DNA of 64,000 bases. It comes from the human T2T-CHM13v2.0 reference genome, Homo sapiens. Position 1 is the first letter of the stretch; each line of letters starts with the position of its first letter. Of this stretch, positions 1 through 16,388 are shown piece after piece. The notes under the pieces were generated by a model. That model saw only the letters and a program-made list of their open reading frames with translations. It had not been told where the DNA came from and ran no database searches. The stretch lies in the NCBI RefSeq assembly GCF_009914755.1, contig NC_060939.1; one strand, 5' to 3'. The position numbers were made by a program, and so were the translations under genes.

Positions 1-1748
1 ATAGGTTGTCCTTTCATTTTCTTAATGATGTCCTTTGATGCACAGAAGTTATAATTTGGGTGAAGTCCACTTTATCTCCTTTTTTGTGGAGCCCCACTTT
101 GAATCAGACCTGATTCCTGAGCATCTCCCATGGGTCAGACATGGATCAGTTTGCTGCATGAGACAATAGCCAAGTCAGACTTCCCTGGCCCATGTAGAAT
201 CTCGTGTGAGGGAAGTGACATGGGTCTGTGCCATCAGATAGAGCCTATTGACCTGAGATGGGTACAGATGAAGCCCTTGGCTGGGAGAAAATCAGGAAAG
301 GCTTCCTGGAGGGAAGGACATTTGAAGAAGGATGGGATTTGGAAAGGCAGAAAAGACAGAGCAAAAATGGTGCTCAGGGTGGAGGGAAGAGCTTTGACGA
401 AGGCAGGGAAGTGGGAAGGGAAGGTGAACCTGACAGGAGACCCTTGCTCTGACATTTATTATTAACTTTGGTTCTGGCCTGCACAACTGAGTTGGGGGTT
501 GAAGGAACTGAGATATGATGGAGAAAATGAGGTCAGTTTGGTCCAGGTGAATTGGAGGTGGAAATAGGGCCCCCAAATCGAGACGGCGTCTAGGTGGTTG
601 GCTATAAGGATCTGGAGTCTGGAGTGATGTGTGGGCTGGGAGCTAGACACATGTTATTTGACTTGTGGTTTTCCACTCTTCAGCTGGGTCATGGGCTCGG
701 GGAGGTCAGGAGCTGGTTAGATGCTTGTTACCTAGGTATGCACACACAGGCGCTTCATGAATACTTGAAGGCTGGGTGGTTTTGGGTGGCACCTTCATAC
801 TTCCCTGACAATAACAACCTGCCTCTTCAGCTTGTTATTGGCCTGGCAGCCAGGGAAGCCTCCACAGGGCCACTCTTGGGAAAGAGACTGTAATCACTAA
901 ACACCAGGCAAGAGCATGAAGCCTGCTGAGGGGCAGTCATACATCAACAGGTGACACCATCTGCCATTGTGAAACCCACTTACACCAAAGAATGCTAATA
1001 GGCCAGGTACAAACTTTCTTTTGTGCTGACTTTAAAAAACTCCTTCACAGAGTTGGGAGGGGAGACCCTAAAAATCCAACCAACCACGTACATCCGCCAG
1101 TAAACAGAGAAGCTAACCAAATCCGCTGCCTCTCTCCCCAGGAACTAGCCTAGAGCCTGGAGTGCTATTTCCTTTCGTGACACTAGAAGTATTTTATGAT
1201 TCATTGACCAAGGGCCAAGAAGCCCAGTGTCTGCCATTTTGAAGCGTGAGGCAAAAGAAGAACACCAGAAATATTGATCCCGTCTTTGATGATTTTGGTA
1301 TTTTGGTCATTGTGGATTTTATTGTAAATTTTGACTTTTTAAAATATTGCCGTAAAATGTTATTCATTTCAATAATAATACTGTTTTTTTTTTTTTGGCG
1401 ACCCCTTAAATGTTATGCCTGGGTGGGTGCTTCTCTTGCCTCATCCTAGTGTAGGTCCTGAGAAAGCCCCTGAGAATTGCCCAGTGCCTCCCGCCGGCTC
1501 AGAACACTGACCATCTGCAGCAGGTTGTTACCAAACAGAACTTGGGTCTGCCCGCCTGGTACAGCAAAGCCAAGCACTGGCACTGGGATTGCAGTAAGAG
1601 AAAGGGAGGCAATGATTGCAGGGCACCCAGCAAGGGGAACTGGGCAGCTCATACTTAAGACTGAATTCCCTCATGGCTTACAGCAAGGGCTTTTAAAGAT
1701 GGAGAGGCAGAGGTTACAGGCAATGTCATAAATCAATACATGGAGGCA

Positions 1749-2286
<538 letters not shown>

Positions 2287-2913
2287 CACCACCAACAAAC
2301 CTCCAAAACATGGAGGCTATATATTTGGTTGGACCTAAAAAGTCTAGACATCTTGGGGAGGGGGGCATGGGTCATAGGTGGATTCAAAGATTTTCTGATT
2401 TGTAATTGGTTAAGGAAGAGAAGCTCTGTCTAAACATTTGGGATCAGCAGAAAAGAATGTTAGCTCTGGCTCGTGGGCATGACCTCCTCCAGGCCCCTCA
2501 GGAAGAGCAAAGAGTAGGGGACAGCGGTTAGTCCTGGTTCCCCCTTACCTGAGGTCTATGTGCCAGGGTCATCTGGGTTTCTGAAAAATAACATATATTA
2601 AGAGGTTATCTTTGGTTTCCATAGGAAACATCCCAACACTCTAACTTCCTTGGCTATTGTTTCAGGCTACTGTTACCTTCTTGCTTATCAAGTTTCTCAT
2701 TTGCTTCTCAGGGAGAGCTAGGTGCCTGGAATTTCCCTTGAAGGAACTCAAGATTTTCCTTTATTTCCATCCCTGGGGGGTGCCCAGCAGGCCTATAAGA
2801 GGAGTCCTCTCAAGGTGAGTGAGTGATGACCTCACAGCTTCCTTAACAATAGGTGTCTGGCTTTGCATTATCCAAGTTTCAGGCTAGATGTCCCAGCCTC
2901 AGTGTTCCCCTGA

Positions 2914-3271
<358 letters not shown>

Positions 3272-3641
3272 TCCTTGGGTATTTTAAAAAATTGCTCACT
3301 GTCCACCGCCCACTAGAACATAGGCCTTGTGTGGGCAGGGATCTTGTTTGCTTTGTTCATTAAGTCAGCAATGCCTGGAATGGGGCCTGATACAAAGTAA
3401 GTGCTCTAGAAATAGTTCATGAATGAACAACAGCTGATGGTTCTCAAGCACTTGCCACGTGCTGATCACCTCACCTGTAGCAGCTCATTTAATACAACAA
3501 CTTTGCAAGGCAGGTACTATGCTTGTCTCCATTGCACAGGTGGGAAAACTGAGGCATAGAGTGGTCTCGTAACTTGCCTAAGGTCGTATGGCTAGTAAGC
3601 AGTGAAGCCGGGATTTGAACCTGAGCAGTCTGGCTCTAGAG

Positions 3642-3844
3642 CAGGGATTCTCAACCTCGGCATGATTGACATTTTGGGCTGGATAGTTCTTTGTGGTGGG
3701 GGCTGTCCTGTGCATTGTAGGCTATTTAGCAGCATCTCTGGTCTCTACCTAGTAGATGTATCACCTGGCCTCCCCAACTGTGACCACCAAAAATGTCTCC
3801 AGACTCTGAGGCGAGGAGTAAAATCACCCCGTTGGTAATCGCTG
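3642..3844 (+). mobile_element. MER20 (hAT-Charlie) inserted in a MIR (~3425-4170)
   Basis: MER20-like sequence, exact 8-bp TSD ctctagag (3634-3641, 3845-3852). Confidence 0.85.
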
Positions 3845-3852
3845 CTCTAGAG

Positions 3853-4132
<280 letters not shown>

Positions 4133-4310
4133 TGCTCTAGAATTTGTAATCACTCCACCACGCTGCCTTCCTATTTTGAATAAATGAAGAAATGCTTGAC
4201 TTCCAATCTGATGCATCCATTGCCCCAGTGTCTGCTTGTAGGGACAGAGGCAGAAGCCTCCCTGCTGAGGCTGGAAGGCCAAGCCGCCCAACTGTGCTTT
4301 TCACCTTCGG

Positions 4311-5448
<1,138 letters not shown>

Positions 5449-5585
5449 AGGCCACTGACCCATGGAACCCCAGGACGGCTTTTGGTGCCAGGAGTAACAG
5501 CTGATGTCTTGCTTAACAAAGCAGCTTGTCTTATACTACTTCATTGGCACCTCAAAACACATTCTTCCTTCTTTACCATTAACTG

Positions 5586-5591
5586 TTTAAT
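5586..5591 (-). terminator. Distal polyadenylation signal ATTAAA
   Basis: tttaat on + strand (a second copy at 5623-5628); TGTGTTTT downstream element. Confidence 0.55.
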
Positions 5592-5909
5592 AGTACTTAA
5601 TACCATTAATTATAATAATTCATTTAATTCTACTCTGTAATGAGATACCATTTTCATCCCCATTTTTCAGATGAGAACAGTGAAGCTCTGAGAGGTTAAG
5701 TGACTTGGCTGAGCTCATGAAGCAGGTAAAGCTGGCAATCAAAATCAGCTGGCAGTCAAAAGAAGGATCTAGAATCTTCTCCCTCTAGATCCCTTCTTTC
5801 TCCGCTTGCTATCCCCCTCAGATCCCAGCACAAAGTAGGGCTAGGATGAAAATGCCTGGAGGAAACGGAAAAGCAGTTATGGAGCCAGCTGGCTGCAGGT
5901 CCCAGGGGA

Positions 5910-6418
5910 GGCGGCCTTGGGAGCTCTGGAGTGGGTTGTGCCTTGCAGTGGGCCCCATGCCTGTGACTGAGGGTGGTGTTCCGGGGCTTCCCTTCCTGGG
6001 TGACAGTGAGGACACATCTGGGCAGGATGGCATCTGGGCAGCCTTGTAGCTTCTGCCTGAGGCTGCTGGAACAGTCGCTCTTGGAACCCAGCTTCCGGAC
6101 TGTGAGGAGCCCAAGCCACACAGAGAGGCCACGTGTGGATGCTCCCATGAACAGCCCCAGTGCAGCCCAGCAGACATCAACATCCAGCCATGTGACAGCG
6201 CCATCTTGGTGCACCAACTAGAGCACCACCCGGTCCAGTTGAGCCTTCAGATGACTCCAGTCCCAGTTGCTGAGTGACTGAAACTTCATGAGAGACTCCA
6301 AATAAGAACTGACAGCTGGACCCAGTCAACCCATAGAACTGTGAAAGGTAACAAAAATGGTTTTAAGCCATTATGTTTTGGAGTGGCTTGTTCTTGGTGC
6401 AATAGGCAACTGAAACAG
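5910..6418 (+). mobile_element. MaLR LTR (MLT1 family) within the long 3' UTR
   Basis: Typical MLT1 3' end ttttaagccattatgttttggagtggcttgtt...aactgaaaca; 5' boundary approximate. Confidence 0.7.
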
Positions 6419-6585
6419 TCTTCCCCACCAAACTGTTGGTGCCTAAAAAGCAGGTATGGTGTCCTTGACACTCTGGATCTCCGGTCCCAGGCTGGGCTGG
6501 GTAAGGAGCAAGTGCTCATCAAATATTCCTTGACTGAACGAATGAAACCCATCAAAACTCGCTGTTCACCCTGAGATAGAATAGA

Positions 6586-6591
6586 TTTATT
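6586..6591 (-). terminator. Proximal polyadenylation signal AATAAA
   Basis: tttatt on + strand, ending the AU-rich UTR block; U/GU-rich sequence (GTTTTGATGGGTTT) downstream. Confidence 0.75.
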
Positions 6592-7802
6592 AGCAAGAGG
6601 TAATCAGGAAACATATATTTTTACAAAAATGGAAATTTTTTTCCAAACAAGCTGTAAGTTGAAATATTTTAGGACTTGAAATAGAATTCTCATACCACTA
6701 GGTATTGCTTACAGCAAAAGTTGTCTGTCTGTTGTAGTGGAGCATGCCTGCCACTTCGGAGTTAACCTGTGTTTTCTATACTGTACAGTGTAAAAAATAC
6801 ATGGTAATATTCACAGAATAAGCACTACATTACTATATTCCTGCTAGAAGGCATTTAGACAGGACTACAGTATATGCAATAAAAACACTTGGTTATTGAT
6901 TTCCTAATTCTACAGTGTGGTACTAATTATCACAAGGTATACAGACTTAGAGCATCTCAATGTAAGCTTGTAGTGACCGTTAGGCAGCTTAAAGAGGAAA
7001 AGTGACATTTTTGTGTTCCCGACTTTCAGTGGATGCTGGGCCAGTGGTCGGCAAGAGTCGACGTGGCTTGGTGTTTGTGACTCCATTTCCTCGGGAAGTC
7101 TAGGGCCTCATCCAGTTGTATTGAGACTGCTATTCATGCTATCTGGTGTTAATCCTAGAGCAAGGAGCGACGTGGGGCCTGAACGAGATGGCAGCATTGG
7201 TACGAGGGGTGTGGTTCTGAGCAGAGAGGACTCCCTTCCGTCCAGGTTACTGGGAGACACATGGGGAGTTTTGAGACCTGCGATTTTGGCTGGAGAAGCT
7301 GCTTTGGAAATTGACATCACCATCAGCGGGAAGATTTGTCAATGACTGGACTTCAGGGTATGGTTTCCCCCTCCCGCCGCCCCCCACCCCCCACCCAGTT
7401 ATAACAACTACATGGAACATGCTGGGAGGATGCCTGGGTGGCCACCTCAACCCAGGAGCCTGGGCTGGGGAGGGACGGAAGCAGGACTGGAGTCTAAGAT
7501 TCTTGTATGCAAGGGTGCTGTTTCCCCTCTGAGAAGAGTGAGGAGTCTAGGGAAGAGGGACCAAGAGTACAGCTGTTTAAAAGAAACAGGCACTGCAGGA
7601 GACGAGGGGAGGGATGGGTGGGCGAAGTCTGAAACGGTGCAGAAATTCATATTCCGGTTCTACAGGAATCTAAGAACAAGGACGATTTGTATTCTTGGAG
7701 AAGCACATACTGAAGAAGAAAATCCAGTGAAACCAAACGAATATGTACAGTATCATCTAGCACATGTCCCCGGGAGCAGCTGGGTCTGGGCTGGGCACAG
7801 CT

Positions 7803-7895
7803 TCAGGTGGGGAGTTTTGGTTCTATTCGGAGAGAAGACTCGTAGAGGCTTTCTTCATCCATTACAAAAGATTGGTCCAGTAAATATTGCGTTAC
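7803..7895 (-). CDS. RASGRF1: RASGRF1 last exon, coding part VTQYLLDQSFVMDEESLYESSLRIEPKLPT*
   Basis: 93 nt; TTTTTCTCAG| acceptor; TGA at 7805-7803. Confidence 0.97.
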   Translation of the reverse strand, partial: VTQYLLDQSFVMDEESLYESSLRIEPKLPT

Positions 7896-8144
7896 CTGAG
7901 AAAAGAAAAGAGAAAAGGGAATGGGAGGGTTGTGGGACCTCCATAGTACTGATTGTGGATGCACTTTATCTCCTAGGGCCCAAGCCTCTTACTGTGGAGA
8001 GTCAGGTGGGCATATGAGGCAAAAATGCATTCAGTAGTGTTCCATCTTGACATAAGTTTTAAGCAGTCGACGTAAGTATTGTCTTAGGATTATTATTTAA
8101 TATTGTCATAATATTAAGGCTGGTACAAAAGTAAAAAAAAGTCA

Positions 8145-8559
<415 letters not shown>

Positions 8560-8939
8560 GTTTTATAATAAAATGTTGGGACAAAATGTATTAAAACGCT
8601 AGGATTACATGGTACTGTGAGAGATCCACTCCAAGAGAGGCAAGTGGAAATGGAGGCTGTGTGAGAGAAGAGCCTCCCTTTTTCTCACCCTGGGGAGAAA
8701 TCTTAAGAGTGGAAAATCAGAAAGATGCACTCACATGAGTTAGGTTATCCTGTCTTCTCCTCTCTCCCCACCCCACTCCTGCTCTGAAGCATTTTGCTGA
8801 ATGCCTGCGCATTAAATGTGCAATGAGAGATCTGAGCTCTAACCTCACAGGCAGCCCCCTGCTCCAAAAAGTATCTTTCCAAGACTTATTTACTTGTCAG
8901 TTGTTTGGAACTAAAGGCACATTTTTCCCCGCTACATAA

Positions 8940-9260
<321 letters not shown>

Positions 9261-9657
9261 AAATTTTCTTATTATATGTTTGGGAATCTTTTGGTAGCTG
9301 CTTGAGAAAAATAAAGTCTGCTGCTTTTGTCTTGGCTAATTGACTCTGCTACTATAAAGGTTGGAACCGGCTGTCTGCTATGCTGATTAATAGTCACAGA
9401 TAAAGTGATTACTATGTCTGATTAGCAGCTCGTTCCCAGCACTTCTAGGAAGATGACTTTAGATATCACAGTCTGGTTTAACCTACACCCAGTGATAAAG
9501 ACATGGCGATTTTATGACCATGTGAAATAGTCTTTTATACCTAGATAGTAGTGTCATGTGAACAGTCCTTTCTAGAATGCATGAATCTCTACCTCCCAAG
9601 CCCCCTGGGGATCAGGAAACTGATTAGTTTCCTCCGTAGTGAGCATGTGCAGGATCA

Positions 9658-9716
9658 ATTTTAGTAGAGACGGGGTTTTGTCATGTTGGCCAGGCTGGTG
9701 TTGAACTCTTGACCTG
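9658..9716 (-). mobile_element. Isolated internal Alu fragment
   Basis: attttagtagagacgggg...gaactcttgacct with no head, tail or TSD. Confidence 0.8.
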
Positions 9717-9815
9717 ACTTGGCTAAGTCAGGCTAATTTTCCTAAGACATTGTACTTTCGAGGAAGACTGGCAGCATATAGCACCATTGCAAAGCAGTTA
9801 ATGAAAGAAGTCTGA

Positions 9816-10242
<427 letters not shown>

Positions 10243-10566
10243 TGACCACGGTGCCTTCTGGATGAGCCCTGTGTGATCCACATGGCAACTCTGTGGTTCT
10301 CAGGCTGGATGAACACACAAACACAGACCCTCAAATACTGCTGAGTTATGTTGATACTTTTATCTTAATATTTTTTATTGTAGAATAAAGGACATGACAA
10401 TATAAAATACATTTTTGGAGAAAAACAGAAGCCCATAATCTCACCACTCTAAAATAACTGTTTTCATTTTTTTGTGTGATCGTCTCGTTCTTAGAATACA
10501 AAAGTACTTTTCCATAGTTGTACCTATGGAATGGACAGCACTTGGTATGCTTTCATTTATACTATT

Positions 10567-10676
10567 AGGTTTCACCATGTTGGCCAGGCTGGTTGAGAAC
10601 TCCTGACCTCAGGTGATCCACCCTCCTCGGCCTCCCAAAGTGCTGTGATTACAAGCATGAGCCACCGCGCCCGGCC
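10567..10676 (-). mobile_element. 3'-truncated Alu left arm
   Basis: Intact GGCCGGGCGC head, stops before the A-rich linker. Confidence 0.85.
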
Positions 10677-11220
10677 GTTTTCAGGTTTTTTGATATTTTA
10701 TATATAAAATAAATGTTGCAATGAAGATCTTCTAGAATACAGCCTTTTGCCTCAACTAAGTGTTTAAAGCATAAATCCCTAGGAGAAGGATCATGGGTTT
10801 CTTACTACAACGGCCAACACTGTCAGCAGAGTAGGCTTGTCAAGGATTGAGTATCATTTTACTTAAAAAAAGGTACATACAGTACAACTCACTCTTTTTG
10901 GTGAGCATGATTCGGATGCACACGGACACTGGAGACCCACTGCCTTTAAATCCCTCTGCTCTTTCCCGGAGGTTCTTGCCCCCAAAGCAGGGGCTCTAGC
11001 CCTGCAGTTGCCAACAACCCCCCTCTTTAGCCACATTAGACCCCCTCAACAGGCCCTCAAAATCCCCTCACTCATTCATGGAGACCAGAAACCAACCGTT
11101 ACTCATGTATGCATGAGTTCTTGCATCAGACAGCAATGCTTTTTTTATAAAGTCCTTTTACAAAGGTTGTCATATTTAATCATCAAAAACAACCCATCCC
11201 ACACTGGTATAAGAATCTCA

Positions 11221-11529
<309 letters not shown>

Positions 11530-11884
11530 TCATGTTACAGTTGAGGCAGAAGGTAACACAGTTGGTGAGTGGCTTCGCCGGGATTTGAACCCAGGTGTTC
11601 CCTGGTCGACTGACAGAAGGATGTGAGAGTGGGCTGGGTGGAGGCTGGTTGGTGTTGAATAAGGCAGAGGGAGGAGCCCCAGAGATGCTGAGCAGGCTCT
11701 GGCTTGCTGCTGTTAATTGGCCAGGGAGCCATTCTGAACCCCCAGTGGCTTAGGCCTGATTCCCTTAGTGCTTTAAGCTGATGAATTCAATGTTTGATCT
11801 TGTTATTAAAATCACCATGTGTTTATCCTCTAAGAGCCATGCCCGAAAACTCAAAGTTTCCCTACCAGACCATGAGGACTTAAA

Positions 11885-12198
11885 TTTTTTTTTTTTTTTT
11901 TTTTTTTTAACAGAGTCAGGATCCCACTCTGTTGCCCAGGCTGCCCTGCAGTGGCACGATCATGGCTCACTGTAGCCTCAACCTCTTGGGCTCAAGTGAT
12001 CTTTCTGCCTTAGCCTCCTGAGTAGCTGGGACTACAGGCATGAGCCACTACGCCTGGCTAATGTTTTTATTTTTTTGTAGAGTTGGGAGCCTTTACTCTG
12101 TTGCCTAGGCTGGTCTCAAACTTCTGGCCTCAAGCAATTCTCCTGTCTTGGCCTCCCAAAGTGCTGGGATTACAGTTGAGAGCCACCGTGCCAGGCCC
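11885..12198 (-). mobile_element. AluJ-type element
   Basis: Dimer in reverse. Confidence 0.88.
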
Positions 12199-12414
12199 GG
12201 GACTATTTATTTTTAAATTGTATTTTTATTTCTTTTTATTTTAAAGTTGATTTATATCTTATTTTAGATATAAAATTAATTTATACCTTATTTTGTGTAA
12301 TTAAAAAAGCCAAGTAGCATTAAACGGTTCATAATGAAAACCAGCAATCCTTTGTTGCCCCTTCTCAGCCACCAGGCCTGGCTCTCTAGAGATAGCCATT
12401 TTCAGTTCTTACAG

Positions 12415-13315
12415 AGCCCCCCAAATCCAGTGCAGCAGCCATTAGCCACGTGTAGCTACTGAGCACTTGAAACAGGGCTCATCTGAATTAAGATGTGACG
12501 TGTAAAATACACACTGGATTTTTGAAAGTTTAGTATGAATAAAATAAAGTAAAATATCTCAGTCAATTTTTAAATTGATTACATGCTGAACTGACAATTA
12601 TTTGGATATATTGTATTAAATAAAATATCTTATTATAGTTAATTTTACCTATTTCTTTTTGCTTTTAAAAAAAAATGAGGCTGGGAATGGTGGCTCAAAC
12701 CTGTAATCCCAGCTCTTTGGGAGGCCAAGACGACAGGATCACTTGAGCGCAGGAGTTCAACATGGGCAGACCCTGTCTCTATAAAAAAATAAAAAATTAG
12801 CTGGGTGTGGTCATACCTTAAGCCGGGGAAGTTGAGGTTGCAGTGAGCTATGATTGTGTCACTGCATTTGAGCCTGGGTGACAGAGTGAGACCCTGCCTC
12901 AAACAAACAAACAAAAAAACAGGCCAGGTGCAGTGGCTCATTCCTGTAATCCCAGCACTTTGGGAGGCCGAGGCAGGCAGATCACTTGAGGCCAGGAGTT
13001 CGAGACCAGGCTGGACAACATGGCAAAACCCTGTTTCTACAAAAAATATAAAAGAATTAGTTGGGTGTAATGGTGAACACCTGCAGTCCCAGCTATTCAG
13101 GAGGGTGAGGTAGGAGGATCGCTTGAACCTCATGAGGTCGAGGCTACAGTGAGCCAAGATCACACTATAGCACTCCAGCCTGGGTGACAGGGTGAGATCC
13201 TGTTTCAAAAAACTAAAATAAATAAATAAATAAAAATAAGTTAAAAAATGTGACCCTGTAGGATACTTAAAGTTACATATGTAGCTTGCATTATATTTCT
13301 AGTGGATAGTCCTGT
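12415..13315. mobile_element. MER33-like hAT element interrupted by two + strand Alus (12679-12919, 12922-13238)
   Basis: tagccacgtgtagctactgagcacttgaaa... and resumption after the Alus. Confidence 0.7.
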
Positions 13316-13907
13316 TTTACATATTTCTTCCAGTATTTATATCTGTTTTTCCATGGTTAATGCTTTTACTGTTGTCTGTTTTCCGGCCAACTTTTTATTT
13401 AAAAAATATAAAAACTATGCATACAACATATACGTATAATCCTTTTTCTGAGGGCTGAACCATTTGAAGGTAAATAGTGTAGTGTTTCCCCCACTGAATA
13501 CTTCAGCCATGCATCTCCTAAGAATACAGACATTCTCTTACATAACCATAACATCATTATACCTAGGACATTTAATATCAATAAAATAAAATTAGCTGAT
13601 GTACAGACCAGATTCAAATTTCTTCAAGTTTTAATGAATAAAATAATCTTTATAGCTGTTTTTTAAAATCCCAGATCTAACCGACATTCACACATTGCAT
13701 TTAGATGTCATATGATTTAGTCTTATTTTATTATTTTTTTTTGAAAAAATTTTTTTTCATTATAGAGACAGGGTCTCACTATGTTGCTGATCTTGAACTC
13801 CTGAACTCAAGTAGCCTCCTCCCTCTGCCTCTCACAGTGCTAGGATTAAAAGCTCACCACTGAGCCCAGCCTGTGTGTTTTAGTCTTTTTTATTTTTCAT
13901 GACACTG

Positions 13908-13908
<1 letters not shown>

Positions 13909-13953
<45 letters not shown>
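13909..13953. repeat. (TG)22 microsatellite
   Basis: Perfect dinucleotide run between an Alu monomer (~13745-13872) and an Alu. Confidence 0.97.
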
Positions 13954-13954
<1 letters not shown>

Positions 13955-13956
<2 letters not shown>

Positions 13957-14256
13957 ATTTTTAGACACAAAGCCTCACTCTGCTGCCCAGGCTAGTGTGC
14001 AGTGGTGCAATGATAGCTTACTACAGCCTTGAACTCCTGGGCTCAAGTGATCCGCCTGCCTCAGACTCCTGAGTAGATGTGACTACAGGCGTGCACCACC
14101 ATGCCCAGCTAATTATTATTATGATTTTTGCTAGAGATAGGATCTCTGATCTCCCTATGTTGCCCAGGCTCACTTCAAACTCCTAGGCTCAAGTGATCCT
14201 CCTACCTCAGTCTCCTGAAGTGCTGGGATTTACAGGCATGAGCCACTACTCCCAGC
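13955..14256 (-). mobile_element. AluJ-type element
   Basis: Diverged dimer in reverse. Confidence 0.85.
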
Positions 14257-14449
14257 TGATATATATATATATATTTTTAATTGAAAATATTTTATTGCTA
14301 AAAGACATTGATATTTTTGAAGACTATATGCAGTAGTGTGTTGGAGCTGGCTCATGCCAGCCTGCATGTGCCAATTTTTAGCCTCTGTTCCCAACTCTGC
14401 TTTCAGTGATGTCCAGGTGGTGGTTTGAAAGTGGCCCTGCTGGCATCAC

Positions 14450-14853
14450 CTAACAGGCTCCTCTGAGCTCTCTTCATGCCTAGGCTTCAAATTTGGCTTG
14501 CCTTTAGCAAGAATCCCCCCACCTTGATATCTGCTCAAATTCTTCATTCTCCACCCCTGATACCCGAAGTCTTTGGCCGGACTTTAATAAAAACCTGTTA
14601 GGCCGGTTTAGCAAGAATTCCCCTACTCTTGCTATCTCCTCTTAGTAATTTTCCATCCACTGACCCCCTTTCTTGGCCCATTGACTACAAATCCCCACCT
14701 GTCCCTGTTGTATTTGCAGTTGAGTTCAATCTCTCTCCCCCAAGAAACAGTCTTGGCCTCTATTGCATCAGGTTTGAATAAACCTACTATTTTAAACAAA
14801 TGTTCCAATGTTACCATTTTTAACAAGCGTTCCAATCATTTTTCTCTTCAACA
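14450..14853 (+). mobile_element. ERV1-class LTR (MER31/MER67-like)
   Basis: caggctcctctgagc..., repeated tttagcaagaat, aataaa, ends ttcaaca. Confidence 0.65.
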
Positions 14854-15078
14854 GCAAATGCTACACATCAAGACTCAATCCTCTACCCCCAAGACCAGTT
14901 TAACATTTACTAGCACACCACTGAGTTACAGAGCAGTTGTCTCGCAGAATGTCCCATATTCTGAAATTGTCTGTTGGTTCCTCCTGATTAGATTCAAACA
15001 CTTGGATGCATAATATAGGTGATGTTGTGGCTCATGATGCCCTTTATTTCTGTTTTGTCCAACATTGAAAATCCTAGG

Positions 15079-15380
<302 letters not shown>

Positions 15381-15911
15381 CTATGGCCCCCTATTCCTTT
15401 CCCAACCTCCCATTCCTCTCCCCTGCTTCATTTCTTCCATGGTTGTAATAATCATCTGTCATATTATATTTTTTGCCTCTTAGTCTATTTCCCTCTAGAA
15501 CACAAGCTCGTGAGGGCCAAGAGTTTATCTGTTTTGTTCACTGCTGAGCCAAGAGCCTACTATAGTGCTTGGCATGTAGGACTTGCTCAATGAATATTTG
15601 TGGAGTGAGAGAATGAATGGAAAGCAAAGCAAAAGTGGCCAGTTTAACTAATTGTAGTTAGTCCACTGATTTTTCTCCTTCGATACGGCTATCAGCTATA
15701 AAGCAGATCATGAGTTCTCAGAATATGGCAAAAAATTGACACATTCTCAAAAAACACATTGATCACAAAGGACATTAGAAGGGAAAAACAATAAAAGCTT
15801 GATTTTCCGGTGTGCTTGAGGGTGTGTCTGGAGCTGGATGTTTTTGTGAACTGCACACTAGGAGGTTAAGATGCTGTATCTCTGGGCAGGGAAGAAAGGT
15901 CATAGGATTGG

Positions 15912-16388
<477 letters not shown>

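Larger units (their letters stand above)
5566..7802 (-). other. RASGRF1: RASGRF1 3' UTR (short form to ~6570, long form to ~5566)
   Basis: Follows the stop codon; non-repetitive AU-rich block 6570-7000; two hexamer signals. Confidence 0.75.

Noticed and set aside
6196-6212. CTCF/YY1-like motif GCACCAAGATGGCGCTG
   Set aside because: Off-register for CTCF and inside an MLT1 LTR; motif alone is insufficient
7412-8017. 201-aa + strand ORF antisense to the last exon
   Set aside because: No recognisable domain, promoter or splice support; consistent with a chance ORF
12645-13208. Alu-derived ORFs throughout the ORF track
   Set aside because: Typical Alu translations (LSPRLECSG..., [12 protein letters not shown]...), not genes
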